DNA from: a bacterium
GTDB lineage: Bacteria; Patescibacteriota; JABMPQ01; JBDRIV01
Direction: 5' to 3'
DNA length: 64,000 bases
NCBI GenBank assembly: GCA_043815505.1
Contig: JBDRIV010000003.1
Span: forward strand, 62,239-126,238
Under the pieces are notes generated by a model. That model made no database searches. It had not been told where the DNA came from and was given only the letters and a program-made list of their open reading frames with translations. This document shows positions 9,803-18,712 of this stretch, one piece after another (position 1 is the first letter of the stretch; every line of letters starts with the position of its first letter). The position numbers and the translations under genes were made by a program.

Positions 9803-10183
9803 TTATTCTCGACCGTATTCGTCTTCATGCCGAACAATATCATTTTCGTCAATAACTTCTCCTAAAGAAACTTCAATAATCTTGATGTGTGTTTTTATTC
9901 CACTGGCAAGACGATGTTTTGTCTTCTTATCAATAAAAAACATGTGACCAACTGAAGCTTCAGAGGCATCGCTACCGATAAGCACAAAACCATCTCCCTC
10001 AATAACACTCCAAAACTCTATCCGATGTTCGTGATGTTGCAAACTAATAATACTGTTAGGATTAACGTAGATCTCCTTTACAACGTAGCCCTTTTCCACG
10101 GCAAGAATTTTAAAGTAACCCCACGGACGTTCTTCTTTGTAACCAACGTCTTTCTGGTTCCAAACACGGGTACCATTATTCAT
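9803..10183 (-). CDS. Cupin-domain protein (mannose-6-phosphate isomerase type II C-terminal-domain-like)
   Basis: 126 aa. ERPWGYFKIL...LQHHEHRIEFWSVIEGDG cupin motifs. Strong RBS AAGGAGG upstream. Confidence 0.7.
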   Translation of the reverse strand: MNNGTRVWNQKDVGYKEERPWGYFKILAVEKGYVVKEIYVNPNSIISLQHHEHRIEFWSVIEGDGFVLIGSDASEASVGHMFFIDKKTKHRLASGIKTHIKIIEVSLGEVIDENDIVRHEDEYGRE

Positions 10184-10281
10184 TTCGAATTCCTCCTTAT
10201 ATTATAGAAAGAGCGTACTATAACTCATATAAAACATTGCTTAATAATCTATTACTTTATGTTATTTTTGTCAATTTATAA

Positions 10282-10358
10282 GCACATTTCTGTTACAAAA
10301 ACATCTAGTGCCAATACTCCCGATTGTTTCCCGTTTTTTATATCTTCGTCAGCTGTAT
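10282..10358. repeat. Direct repeat copy A, a duplicated holA 3' end
   Basis: About 77 bp, about 90% identical to 11423..11499. Its reverse complement still encodes ...TADEDIKNGKQSGVLALDVFVTEMCL*, which is nearly the HolA C-terminus. Confidence 0.8.
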
Positions 10359-10389
10359 TGACTTTTTATTTTTTGTGTAAGCATGAGAT

Positions 10390-11406
10390 TCAGACAAAAG
10401 CTTTTAGAATCTTGTGTCTGAGTGTATTATTGCGTAATAAAAATGTAAAAAGTTCGAAACAAACTGGTCGAATAACTCCTGCTGATTCAATAATACGTGC
10501 GAGTGTTTCATGTCGTCTTTTTACACGCAATAACTGATCAATTTTAAGCGGTTTGTATTCCGGATCAATGATTAATTTTGCCACTTCTGCACCTGTAACC
10601 ATAGCAAAGTACATTCCCTCACCGGTTAAACTAGAGGTAAAACCAGCGGCATCACCAACTAAAAACATATTGTCAAATTTATAACCACGATAATCACAAT
10701 TTATTGATGCCGCTTCAAATTTAGCATCAGCTACATCAATGTTTTTTTGCTTAAGCCACTTATGAAAATTTGATCGGAGCTCGGATGCAGAAATGGATTC
10801 AGGACTGCCATAAACACCAATAGAAGTATAGTTACGATACGGAAAAATCCAAGCGTAACCTGAGGCAAAATATTTATTATCAAAAAAATTTTTCAAATAC
10901 TTAAATTTCTGCTTAGTAATATAATGCATACCAATTCCTATTTTTTTCATGGGAATATTCAATGATCTTCGGACTATAGAATTGCTACCATCAGCACCAA
11001 TTAAATAATCAAATTTTATTTCTCTATTACCAATCATTACTGAATTATCATTTATTTTAGTGACACGCATTCCGATTTCTAAGATTGCGCCTTGTTTTTG
11101 TGCTTCCGACGCCATCCACTGTCCTAACCTTTCCCGACTAATAGTAGCAATGCTTGGTTCCTTTGTTTTTACCACTACTCGCTGATAAGGAGTATATTGA
11201 ATTGGTTTGTGAAAAAAGTATTCCACTAAATCTTTTGGAATTCCTAAATCCATAATTTTAGTAGTAAGCCCTCCGCCGCAAATTTTAGGACCAATTATTT
11301 CTTTCTGTTCTATTACTAAAACTTGCCGACCAGCAGCGGCTAGTTTCTGAGCACAATGCAAACCGCCTGGACCAGCACCTATTATTATTGTTTCATATTT
11401 CTCCAT
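10390..11406 (-). CDS. FAD-dependent oxidoreductase, geranylgeranyl-reductase family
   Basis: 338 aa. N-terminal Rossmann motif IIIGAGPGG and the typical length and layout of GGR-family flavoproteins. Confidence 0.75.
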   Translation of the reverse strand: MEKYETIIIGAGPGGLHCAQKLAAAGRQVLVIEQKEIIGPKICGGGLTTKIMDLGIPKDLVEYFFHKPIQYTPYQRVVVKTKEPSIATISRERLGQWMASEAQKQGAILEIGMRVTKINDNSVMIGNREIKFDYLIGADGSNSIVRRSLNIPMKKIGIGMHYITKQKFKYLKNFFDNKYFASGYAWIFPYRNYTSIGVYGSPESISASELRSNFHKWLKQKNIDVADAKFEAASINCDYRGYKFDNMFLVGDAAGFTSSLTGEGMYFAMVTGAEVAKLIIDPEYKPLKIDQLLRVKRRHETLARIIESAGVIRPVCFELFTFLLRNNTLRHKILKAFV

Positions 11407-11416
11407 CTCATTTTAT

Positions 11417-12370
11417 TTATGAACACATTTTGGTAACAAAAATATCTAACGCCAATAATCCTGATTGTTTCCCGTTTTTTATATCTTCGTCAGCTGTATA
11501 AAGTTTTTCCATCATTTGTTTCAATTCTTCAGAGGAAAAGTTTCTTGTTTGCTCCAGAGATTTTTTTACTACAAAGGGATGAAGTTTGGCTTCGCGGGCA
11601 ATTTGGTATTCATTCACTCCCCGCTCTTGTAAATCTTTTACAATTAGAAGATTTCTTAATTGGTACTGAATCATGGTCATCATGTAAAGTTCGTGTTTGC
11701 CAGTTTTCATTTCTGTATGAAGAAAGGTTAAAGCTTCTTGTTTATTTTTTCTGCCCAGAGCATCTGTGAAAGCAAAAATATTTTCCTGGAAGGTTGGAGC
11801 TACCAATTTTTCTACATCGGCCACTGAAATTTCCAAACCATCTTTGTATAATGCTAATTTCTCCAATTCAATATCAATTCGATTTAAATCGCTACCGACA
11901 AACTGAATTAATTTACCTAGAGCCTCACTATTAATTTTTGCTTCTTTTTGAGCAACTAATTCTTTTACATAATTCGTAAGAGCTAATCCTGTGAGCAAAT
12001 CAAATTCCTCAGCTGTTTTTGATTTGTTAAGAAATTTAAATAGTTTTATTCTTTTATCTGGAATTTCCTTTTCCCAAATTAACAAAACTGTGGATTCAGG
12101 AACTTTATTTTCTTCTAAAACTTCAGCTAAACTATCTTTAAATTCTTTTTTACCTTTACTCAAGGCGTTTTCCAAAAGTACTAATCTGGTTTTATTCAAA
12201 AATGGCATAGTAGAAATTTCAGACTTAACTTTGGCTAAATTTAAATCTGCATCTTTAAGATGAGAGAAATTTAATTCCCCATTTTGACTGGCTTTTAAAA
12301 ACTTGTCCTTGAAGGTTTTAACTTTTTGTCCGGAGCGATAAGTATCTTCTCCGAATAAGAAATAGATCAT
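11417..12370 (-). CDS. holA: DNA polymerase III delta subunit (HolA)
   Basis: 317 aa. N-terminus MIYFLFGEDTY and overall delta-subunit layout. Sits directly downstream of polA. Confidence 0.75.
   Translation of the reverse strand: MIYFLFGEDTYRSGQKVKTFKDKFLKASQNGELNFSHLKDADLNLAKVKSEISTMPFLNKTRLVLLENALSKGKKEFKDSLAEVLEENKVPESTVLLIWEKEIPDKRIKLFKFLNKSKTAEEFDLLTGLALTNYVKELVAQKEAKINSEALGKLIQFVGSDLNRIDIELEKLALYKDGLEISVADVEKLVAPTFQENIFAFTDALGRKNKQEALTFLHTEMKTGKHELYMMTMIQYQLRNLLIVKDLQERGVNEYQIAREAKLHPFVVKKSLEQTRNFSSEELKQMMEKLYTADEDIKNGKQSGLLALDIFVTKMCS
11423..11499. repeat. Direct repeat copy B, the native holA 3' end
   Basis: Encodes HolA C-terminus ...TADEDIKNGKQSGLLALDIFVTKMCS*. Matches copy A at 10282..10358. 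Confidence 0.8.
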
Positions 12371-12466
12371 AAAATTAAGCTTTGTATACGACTTCTATGT
12401 TCATTGTGTTTATCCCCCGAAGCAAAACTATTTTTACTCCAAATTTTACTAACAGTTTGTCAATCA

Positions 12467-15196
12467 TTACAAGTTAATTTCTTTCTGAGTAACGCAGGGG
12501 GACATATTATTCCAATTTGGCCCACTGGCTGCTTCCACTTTAATGGGAACTTTTAGTTGATACGCTTTTTCCATTAAATCTTTGATTGTGGCTGCATATT
12601 TGTTTACCATAGAACTTTTCACTTCGAAAAGCAACTCATCATGCACTTGCACTAACATTTTTATATCTTTCTTATTTGGTAGTAAAATCTTTTCAAAAAC
12701 TTTTTGCATGGCAATTTTAATAATGTCTGATGTTGTTCCTTGAACCGGCATATTGATTGCCATTCTTTCTGCACCAGCGGTAACCTGATATTGCCCCGAA
12801 TTTATCTCGGGAATATAACGCCGACGCCCAAGCATTGTTTCCACATATTCTTTGTCGCGCGCTTCCGCGACAATCTTTTCCATGTAATCTTGAATCTTTG
12901 GATATTTGGCAAAATAAGTGTCAATAAAATCTTTGGCCTTTTTTCTCTCAATGCTTAAAGTTTGCGAGAGCCCATAAGGACTCATACCATAAACCACACC
13001 AAAGTTTACTGTTTTAGCAATGCGACGTTCATCTTTAGAAATATCTTTAGCATCCTTTTCAAAAACCGTAGCAGCAGTTTGCGTATGAATGTCGGCACCC
13101 GATTTGAAAGCTTTAATCATTGCCTCATCACCTGCAATATGAGCCAAAACTCGCAAATCAATTTGGGAGTAATCACATGATAAAAGCGTATTACCGCGCG
13201 TGGCCACAAAAGCTTCGCGGATTTTTCTGCCTTCTTCGGTGCGAATCGGAATATTCTGCATATTAGGATCTGAAGATGACAAACGACCAGTGGCAGTTAC
13301 CGCTTGATTAAATGAAGCATGAATTCTATTTGTTTTCTTATTAATCAATTTGGGTAGAGAATCTACGTAAGTTGATTTTAATTTTGTCAGTTCGCGATAA
13401 TTTTCAATTAATGAAACTATTTCGTGTTTATCTTTTATTTTCTGCAATTCTGGAGAAGCAGTCGAAAAACCAGTCTGCGTTCTTTTAATTCCAACGGTTG
13501 GTAACTTCATCACTTCAAATAGTATATGAGATAATTGCTGAGTAGAATTGATATTGAAGTCTTTACGTCTGGCTTTTTTGTAAATATTTTTCTCTAAGCT
13601 TTTTATTTTGACTCTAAATATTTTGGAAATTTCTTTTAAGTATTTATCATCAATTGAAATACCGTTTAGTTCCATGTCAGCCAACACTTTTACTAGAGGC
13701 ATATCAATCTGGGAAAATACTTCTTGAAGTTTTGCTTCCTTGGCTAATTCTTTAGAAAATCTTGCTTGTAAACGAAATGTAATGTCAGCATCTTCAGCGG
13801 CATATTCTGCAATTCTTTTGGGGTCAATGTCCGTAATTGATTGCTTATCTTTTCCCTTGCCAACTAAATCGTCCCAGGTAATCATTGGTAATTGAAATTC
13901 TTCTATGGCTAAACGAGTTAGATTGTGCTGACGAGATCCTGGATTTAATAAATAGGAAGCTAGCATGGTATCAAAAGCAATTCCCTGCATATCAACTCCG
14001 GCGTTTAATAAAACAATATAATCATATTTAATATTGTGGCCGAATTTTTTAATTTTGTTGTTTTTTAAAACGGGTTTAAATATTTCTAGCAAATTATTTT
14101 GATAACAGTGTACATAATATGCTGTGCGCTCTTGGAAACAAAAAGAAATTCCCACTAATTCCGCTTGCACGGGAAATTCACTGGTCGTTTCGGTATCTAC
14201 TGCTATTTCTGATTGTTTGCTTAATTCTGAAACTAATTTTTTTGCTTCCGCTTCGTTATCAATCAAAATATAATTCCTAGCTGAATCTTTTTTGTTCGTT
14301 ACTTCTGGTTCATTTTGACCAATAACTTTTGGTAACAAGCTTTTAAATTCATATTTTTGAAAAAGCTTTACCGTTTGTGGATTTTTAAAATCAGGGACCG
14401 TGCATTTCTGCAAATCAAATTCAATTGGAACATCGGTAACAATAGTAGCCAATTCTTGGCTTAAATAAGATTCTTTTTTGTGTTCCAATAAAAGTTTAGC
14501 TGTGCGTGGTTTCATTTTGCCACCGCCATCTCCATGCTTGCCTACAAATTCATAAATCTTATCAAGCGTTCCAAATTCTTTTAACAAATCAACGGCGCCC
14601 TTATCACCAATTCCTTTAACACCAGGGATGTTGTCGGAAGAATCACCAGCAATGGATTTGTAATCAACTAATTGCTTGGGTTTAATTCCAAATTTTTCTT
14701 CCACTCCTTTTTCGTCAAATATTGTGGTTTCAGAAACGCCACGTTTCATGGTATAAACTTTGGTGTTTTTATCAACCAATTGAAAAGCATCTTGATCACC
14801 CGTGACAATAATGGTTTCTAAATCTTTTTGGCTATCTAACATTTTAGAAACCGTTCCAATCACGTCATCTGCTTCATAGCCCTGCTGAACATAAATGGGA
14901 ATATTTAATTTCTCTACTATTTCTTTCACGGTTTCCACTTGCTGATACAACTCGTCTGGGGCTTTTACTCTGGTTGCTTTATAATCGGCAAAAGATTCGT
15001 GACGAAAAGTGGGTCCTTTTAAATCAAAAGAAACGGCTATGTAATCTGGTTTTATCTCTTCTAGGGCCGAAAATAAAATTCGAGTAAAACCATAAACCGC
15101 TCCAATAGGTTCGCCCGCTTTAGTAGTCAGGGGGGGCATAGCGTGAAATGCGCGATGAATTAAAGCGTGACCGTCAATTATAACAAATTTTTTCAT
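12467..15196 (-). CDS. polA: DNA polymerase I
   Basis: 909 aa. 5'-3' exonuclease N-terminus, 3'-5' exonuclease domain, and polymerase motifs RRIAKTVNFGVVYG and VHDELLFE. Confidence 0.95.
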   Translation of the reverse strand: MKKFVIIDGHALIHRAFHAMPPLTTKAGEPIGAVYGFTRILFSALEEIKPDYIAVSFDLKGPTFRHESFADYKATRVKAPDELYQQVETVKEIVEKLNIPIYVQQGYEADDVIGTVSKMLDSQKDLETIIVTGDQDAFQLVDKNTKVYTMKRGVSETTIFDEKGVEEKFGIKPKQLVDYKSIAGDSSDNIPGVKGIGDKGAVDLLKEFGTLDKIYEFVGKHGDGGGKMKPRTAKLLLEHKKESYLSQELATIVTDVPIEFDLQKCTVPDFKNPQTVKLFQKYEFKSLLPKVIGQNEPEVTNKKDSARNYILIDNEAEAKKLVSELSKQSEIAVDTETTSEFPVQAELVGISFCFQERTAYYVHCYQNNLLEIFKPVLKNNKIKKFGHNIKYDYIVLLNAGVDMQGIAFDTMLASYLLNPGSRQHNLTRLAIEEFQLPMITWDDLVGKGKDKQSITDIDPKRIAEYAAEDADITFRLQARFSKELAKEAKLQEVFSQIDMPLVKVLADMELNGISIDDKYLKEISKIFRVKIKSLEKNIYKKARRKDFNINSTQQLSHILFEVMKLPTVGIKRTQTGFSTASPELQKIKDKHEIVSLIENYRELTKLKSTYVDSLPKLINKKTNRIHASFNQAVTATGRLSSSDPNMQNIPIRTEEGRKIREAFVATRGNTLLSCDYSQIDLRVLAHIAGDEAMIKAFKSGADIHTQTAATVFEKDAKDISKDERRIAKTVNFGVVYGMSPYGLSQTLSIERKKAKDFIDTYFAKYPKIQDYMEKIVAEARDKEYVETMLGRRRYIPEINSGQYQVTAGAERMAINMPVQGTTSDIIKIAMQKVFEKILLPNKKDIKMLVQVHDELLFEVKSSMVNKYAATIKDLMEKAYQLKVPIKVEAASGPNWNNMSPCVTQKEINL

Positions 15197-16002
15197 GGCG
15201 CTTGATTTTTAAACTGAAATGTTTGAGCAATTGAATCAAGCAAATTTTCATTATCATTAGCTTCCGAAAATTTTTGGCGGAGAACAAAGAATTTATTTTT
15301 TGTTTCAAAAACATAAACAAGTTGTTCGTCGCTAATTATTCTCTGCGTGATTATTCCCTTAATTTTCATGGTCTCAATATCGTTAGCGCTAGCTACCATT
15401 TCTAAAAGCAGATCCGGACTTAAATTGTCATTTAGTAATTGGTTATTAATATAATCAATAAATGAATAAAGTTTTATATTTTGCACGCTTTGTAAATAGA
15501 ATTTTTGGTCCGTATTTTCAATATTGGCAACAACAATTTCTTCTTCCGTATCATTTACAGCATAAGACTGCGGGAATTGAAATATAATTTCTGCATTTTC
15601 ATAAATTTTCCAATCCGTTATATCACTTGCTTCTTTTAAGGTTGGTAATTTATTTTTAGGACTATAGCCAAAAATTGCTTCGTCACCATCCATAAAACCG
15701 TCATAATCAGTATCAACTTGGCGTGGATCAGTATTATATTTAGCTTCCAAATAATCGCTTAGTTTGTCGCCGTCTAAATCTCCTAGCAACTCCGCACGCG
15801 AACTTGCGGGAGCATCTTTTAGAAAACGTGAGACTTCACCCGAACTTAATTGTTGAACTTGATTTTCATTTGTGGCAAAATCAGCCTTAATGCCCACAGG
15901 ATTCTGTTGTTTCAAATAACCATAATAAAAGCCACTAACAATCATCCCTAAAAATATAAGGACGCCAAAAGTGATTTTAATTAATTCGGAAGTTTTAGAC
16001 AT
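15193..16002 (-). CDS. Hypothetical membrane-anchored protein with DxDxDG-type acidic repeats
   Basis: 269 aa. N-terminal TM helix, then GDLDGDKLSD and VDTDYDGFMDGDEA calcium-binding-like motifs. Confidence 0.4.
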   Translation of the reverse strand: MSKTSELIKITFGVLIFLGMIVSGFYYGYLKQQNPVGIKADFATNENQVQQLSSGEVSRFLKDAPASSRAELLGDLDGDKLSDYLEAKYNTDPRQVDTDYDGFMDGDEAIFGYSPKNKLPTLKEASDITDWKIYENAEIIFQFPQSYAVNDTEEEIVVANIENTDQKFYLQSVQNIKLYSFIDYINNQLLNDNLSPDLLLEMVASANDIETMKIKGIITQRIISDEQLVYVFETKNKFFVLRQKFSEANDNENLLDSIAQTFQFKNQAP

Positions 16003-17031
16003 TTATTCTTTTTCTTTATATTCAAATCCCAAATGTTCATAAGCTCTTTTTGTGGCCTCGCGACCACGCGGAGTACGATTTAGAAATCCCAGCTGCAAAA
16101 GATATGGTTCGTAAACATCAACAATGGTATCTTCTTCTTCTGAGGTGGCAGCCGAAAGTGTTTTTATTCCCACCGGCTTACCTTCAAATTTATCAATTAA
16201 GGTTTTAAGAATTCTCACATCTACATTGTCCAACCCCATCTCATCAACCTGAAGTTGTTTAAGTGCTTCTTTAGCTATTTCTTCGGTGATTTTTCCTTGG
16301 TGTTTTACTTGGGAGAAATCGCGCACGCGTTTCAGTAATCTGTTAGCAATACGTGGAGTTTTGCGAGCGCGTTTAGCAATTTCTTCTCGTCCACCTTTAT
16401 CAATTTCAATTTCAAGAATTTTAGCAGAGCGTTCAACAATTTTAGCAATGTCTGCTTCTTCGTAATAATCGAGACGATGAGTTACACCAAAACGATCACG
16501 CAATGGTGAAGACAGCATACCAATTCTGGTGGTAGCAGCCACTAAAGTGAATTTTGGTAAATCAAGTCTGACCGATCTGGCCGAGGGTCCTTTGCCAATT
16601 ACTAAATCCAAATATCCATCTTCCATGGCGGGATACAAAACTTCTTCGATAGCGCGATTCAAACGATGAATCTCGTCAATAAATAAAATGTCACCTTCTT
16701 CTAAATTGGTTAGAATTGCCCCAAGATCACCCACTCTTTCAATGGCCGGACCAGAAGTGGTGCGAATGCTAACTCCCGCTTCGTGAGCGATAATATGCGC
16801 TAAAGTTGTTTTGCCAATTCCCGGTGGTCCGTACAGTAAAACATGTTCGATTGGTTCTTTGCGTTTTTTGGCTGCTTGTAAAAATATTTGTAAATTCTGC
16901 TTAATAGAATTCTGACCAATAAAATCGGCCAATTTTTTTGGCCTTAAAGTTAGCTCAAAAACGCTGTCCTCATTTTTTTCGGCAGCGCTCACAAGGGCTT
17001 CTTTCGTTGGAACTTTTTCTTCTTCAATCAT
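16003..17031 (-). CDS. ruvB: Holliday junction DNA helicase RuvB
   Basis: 342 aa. AAA+ Walker [15 protein letters not shown] and the RuvB winged-helix C-terminus. Confidence 0.95.
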   Translation of the reverse strand: MIEEEKVPTKEALVSAAEKNEDSVFELTLRPKKLADFIGQNSIKQNLQIFLQAAKKRKEPIEHVLLYGPPGIGKTTLAHIIAHEAGVSIRTTSGPAIERVGDLGAILTNLEEGDILFIDEIHRLNRAIEEVLYPAMEDGYLDLVIGKGPSARSVRLDLPKFTLVAATTRIGMLSSPLRDRFGVTHRLDYYEEADIAKIVERSAKILEIEIDKGGREEIAKRARKTPRIANRLLKRVRDFSQVKHQGKITEEIAKEALKQLQVDEMGLDNVDVRILKTLIDKFEGKPVGIKTLSAATSEEEDTIVDVYEPYLLQLGFLNRTPRGREATKRAYEHLGFEYKEKE

Positions 17032-17100
17032 GCCTTAATTATAGCAAATCACCTATTTTAAGCAAAAGTTGCATTTTGCCAAAATTCTGTTATAACTTTA

Positions 17101-17220
17101 AGTGGGATGAGAAACAAGTTAGAATATTCTGCTTGGGGGTGTTTAGAACGGATACTCCAAACAAGGGGCTAACCGGAGTAATAAAAAAGGACCCCGAACA
17201 CCCTTCTCATCCCATTTTTA
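17101..17220 (+). promoter_or_regulatory. Structured 5' leader (candidate riboswitch/attenuator) ahead of a small-membrane-protein operon
   Basis: A 10-bp perfect closing stem (GGGAUGAGAA 17103-17112 with UUCUCAUCCC 17203-17212) encloses about 90 nt containing nested GC stems (GGGUGUU/AACACCC, UACUCC/GGAGUA, GGGG/CCCC). It is followed by UUUUU. A putative promoter TTGCAT-N17-ATAACT lies just upstream. Confidence 0.35.
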
Positions 17221-17262
17221 CAGTTGTGAATAGTTCTTTTTAACTGAATATAAGGAGAGAAA

Positions 17263-17451
17263 ATGATTATTCTGTTTTATGTTTTTCTAGTCCTTGTAAT
17301 TATTGCTTGTAGTTGGAGAATTGGGTTCAGTATGTACAGACTTTACCACAATGATGGTCGTCATGAAGCACTCCATATCATCCCCTACCTGGTAGTTATT
17401 ATTGCTGCTATTATCGTACTTTTTAATTTAATTGTGGCTGGGGGACAATAA
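17263..17451 (+). CDS. Small membrane protein (62 aa, 2 TM)
   Basis: Strong RBS AAGGAGAGAAA before the ATG. Two hydrophobic helices. Confidence 0.45.
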   Translation: MIILFYVFLVLVIIACSWRIGFSMYRLYHNDGRHEALHIIPYLVVIIAAIIVLFNLIVAGGQ

Positions 17452-17462
17452 AGGAGAGAAAA

Positions 17463-17867
17463 ATGATTTATGCATGGATTACGCTATCTGCTTTGTTTCT
17501 CATCTTGGGAATCTGGAGACTTATTCGCAGGGTAAATAACCTTGGTTCAAATGCATTTATCGACTCGGCTTGTTTGATTGGTTCAATGCTTGTTATAGCT
17601 GCTGCTGCGGGATTTCTTCTTGGCTTTGTGATTTTCGACCAAAGTAAGTGGTATACAGTTCTTATGATCACATCTGGAGTAGGTCTTCTTGCAACCATTG
17701 GAACGAGTTACTATTACCATCGTGAATACAAGCGTTGTGAAAATAATATGTATTTAAACTATGTTTGTGACAGAGAGATTCAGTATCAAGGTATTTCAAT
17801 AGTTCTCTTGATTATTCTTGTTATTTCAGCTGCTCTGCACTTTGAGATAATATTTACAGGAGGATAA
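17463..17867 (+). CDS. Small membrane protein (134 aa, 4 TM)
   Basis: Near-identical RBS context (AAAGGAGAGAAAAATG) to the preceding gene. Four hydrophobic helices. Confidence 0.5.
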   Translation: MIYAWITLSALFLILGIWRLIRRVNNLGSNAFIDSACLIGSMLVIAAAAGFLLGFVIFDQSKWYTVLMITSGVGLLATIGTSYYYHREYKRCENNMYLNYVCDREIQYQGISIVLLIILVISAALHFEIIFTGG

Positions 17868-18179
17868 TATGTTAAACATATTCTGTGTAAATGTATTTGT
17901 GATTTTTGTTTGAGGCATGATTCTTTCGATTGTTTTTGCCTTGATCTTTAAAAGAAGAGCTGAGAACTTTGTCTGTGTTGACAAAATGCCTAGAGCCAAC
18001 AAAACTGCACTCAACAGAATTATAAAAAAATTGTCCTTTATGGATTAGCATCCGCTTTTGATCCTTTCACTTCTTACAATCTGGGCATGGATGAAGTTTC
18101 CATGATCCAAAACCTATTGATTGAAAACGTCAGGTTTCAACTTGGCGTTTTTTTATTTTACCCCGAGCTGACTAAGGAC

Positions 18180-18208
18180 TTGACAAATATATAAGCATCT
18201 GCTACAAT
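18180..18208 (+). promoter_or_regulatory. Consensus sigma70 promoter TTGACA-N17-TACAAT
   Basis: Perfect -35 and near-perfect -10 with 17-nt spacing. No protein-coding ORF downstream on this strand. Confidence 0.5.
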
Positions 18209-18259
18209 GACATGTTTTGCTGATTTAATGAATTTACGATGAGCCCGCAGGCGAATCGG

Positions 18260-18363
18260 CAACAAAAAACTGTAGACGACTAAGAAGTTTTCTAGTAAGG
18301 ATTCGTGAGGACCTCCTCTTCACATTTCCTTCTAAATTGCTTCTTGTCTACAGTTTTTTGTTG
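18260..18363 (+). ncRNA. Candidate small RNA or structured element: 18-bp perfect inverted repeat enclosing about 68 nt
   Basis: CAACAAAAAACTGTAGAC (18260-18277) pairs perfectly with GTCTACAGTTTTTTGTTG (18346-18363). Lies downstream of the consensus promoter. Confidence 0.3.
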
Positions 18364-18374
18364 GTTCGATTGAA

Positions 18375-18420
18375 CTCGCCACAAGTGGTTCTACAAGCTC
18401 GCCACAAGTGGTTCTACAAG
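18375..18420. repeat. Tandem direct repeat, 2 x 23 bp (CTCGCCACAAGTGGTTCTACAAG)
   Basis: Two perfect adjacent copies. Each contains the dyad CCACAAGTGG. Confidence 0.7.
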
Positions 18421-18457
18421 TTTTGGTTTGAATAATATTAATAGCTCAATGTAAATT

Positions 18458-18712
18458 TTATTTTTTACCGTTAGGATTCAAAATCGCTTCTAAAACCTCT
18501 TTAGCTACGGCTTTTTTCTCAGCTTCTGTTTCGGTATTTTTAGAAAATGATATTTTAATATCTTCTCCTTCTTTAGAGTTTTTTGGAAGTAAATTTAAGG
18601 GTAACTCAAAACGTCCAATGGCTTCATTGGTGGCTACAAAACGGTCAGTTGTGATTTCCACAACTTTAGCAACTATCTTGGGATAGTATTTATCTAAAAC
18701 TTCGTCTGGCAT
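18458..18712 (-). CDS. Hypothetical protein (84 aa)
   Basis: ORF with a charged C-terminus. Its start codon is directly abutted by the MITE-like element and there is no canonical RBS. Confidence 0.35.
   Translation of the reverse strand: MPDEVLDKYYPKIVAKVVEITTDRFVATNEAIGRFELPLNLLPKNSKEGEDIKISFSKNTETEAEKKAVAKEVLEAILNPNGKK

Noticed and set aside
10259-10537. 92-aa + strand ORF downstream of the oxidoreductase
   Set aside because: It overlaps the duplicated holA-end repeat and the 3' end of the oxidoreductase gene on the opposite strand. An artefact of the repeat.
18375-18420. Possible CRISPR array from the tandem 23-bp repeats
   Set aside because: Only two directly abutting copies with no spacers and no cas genes anywhere in the window.
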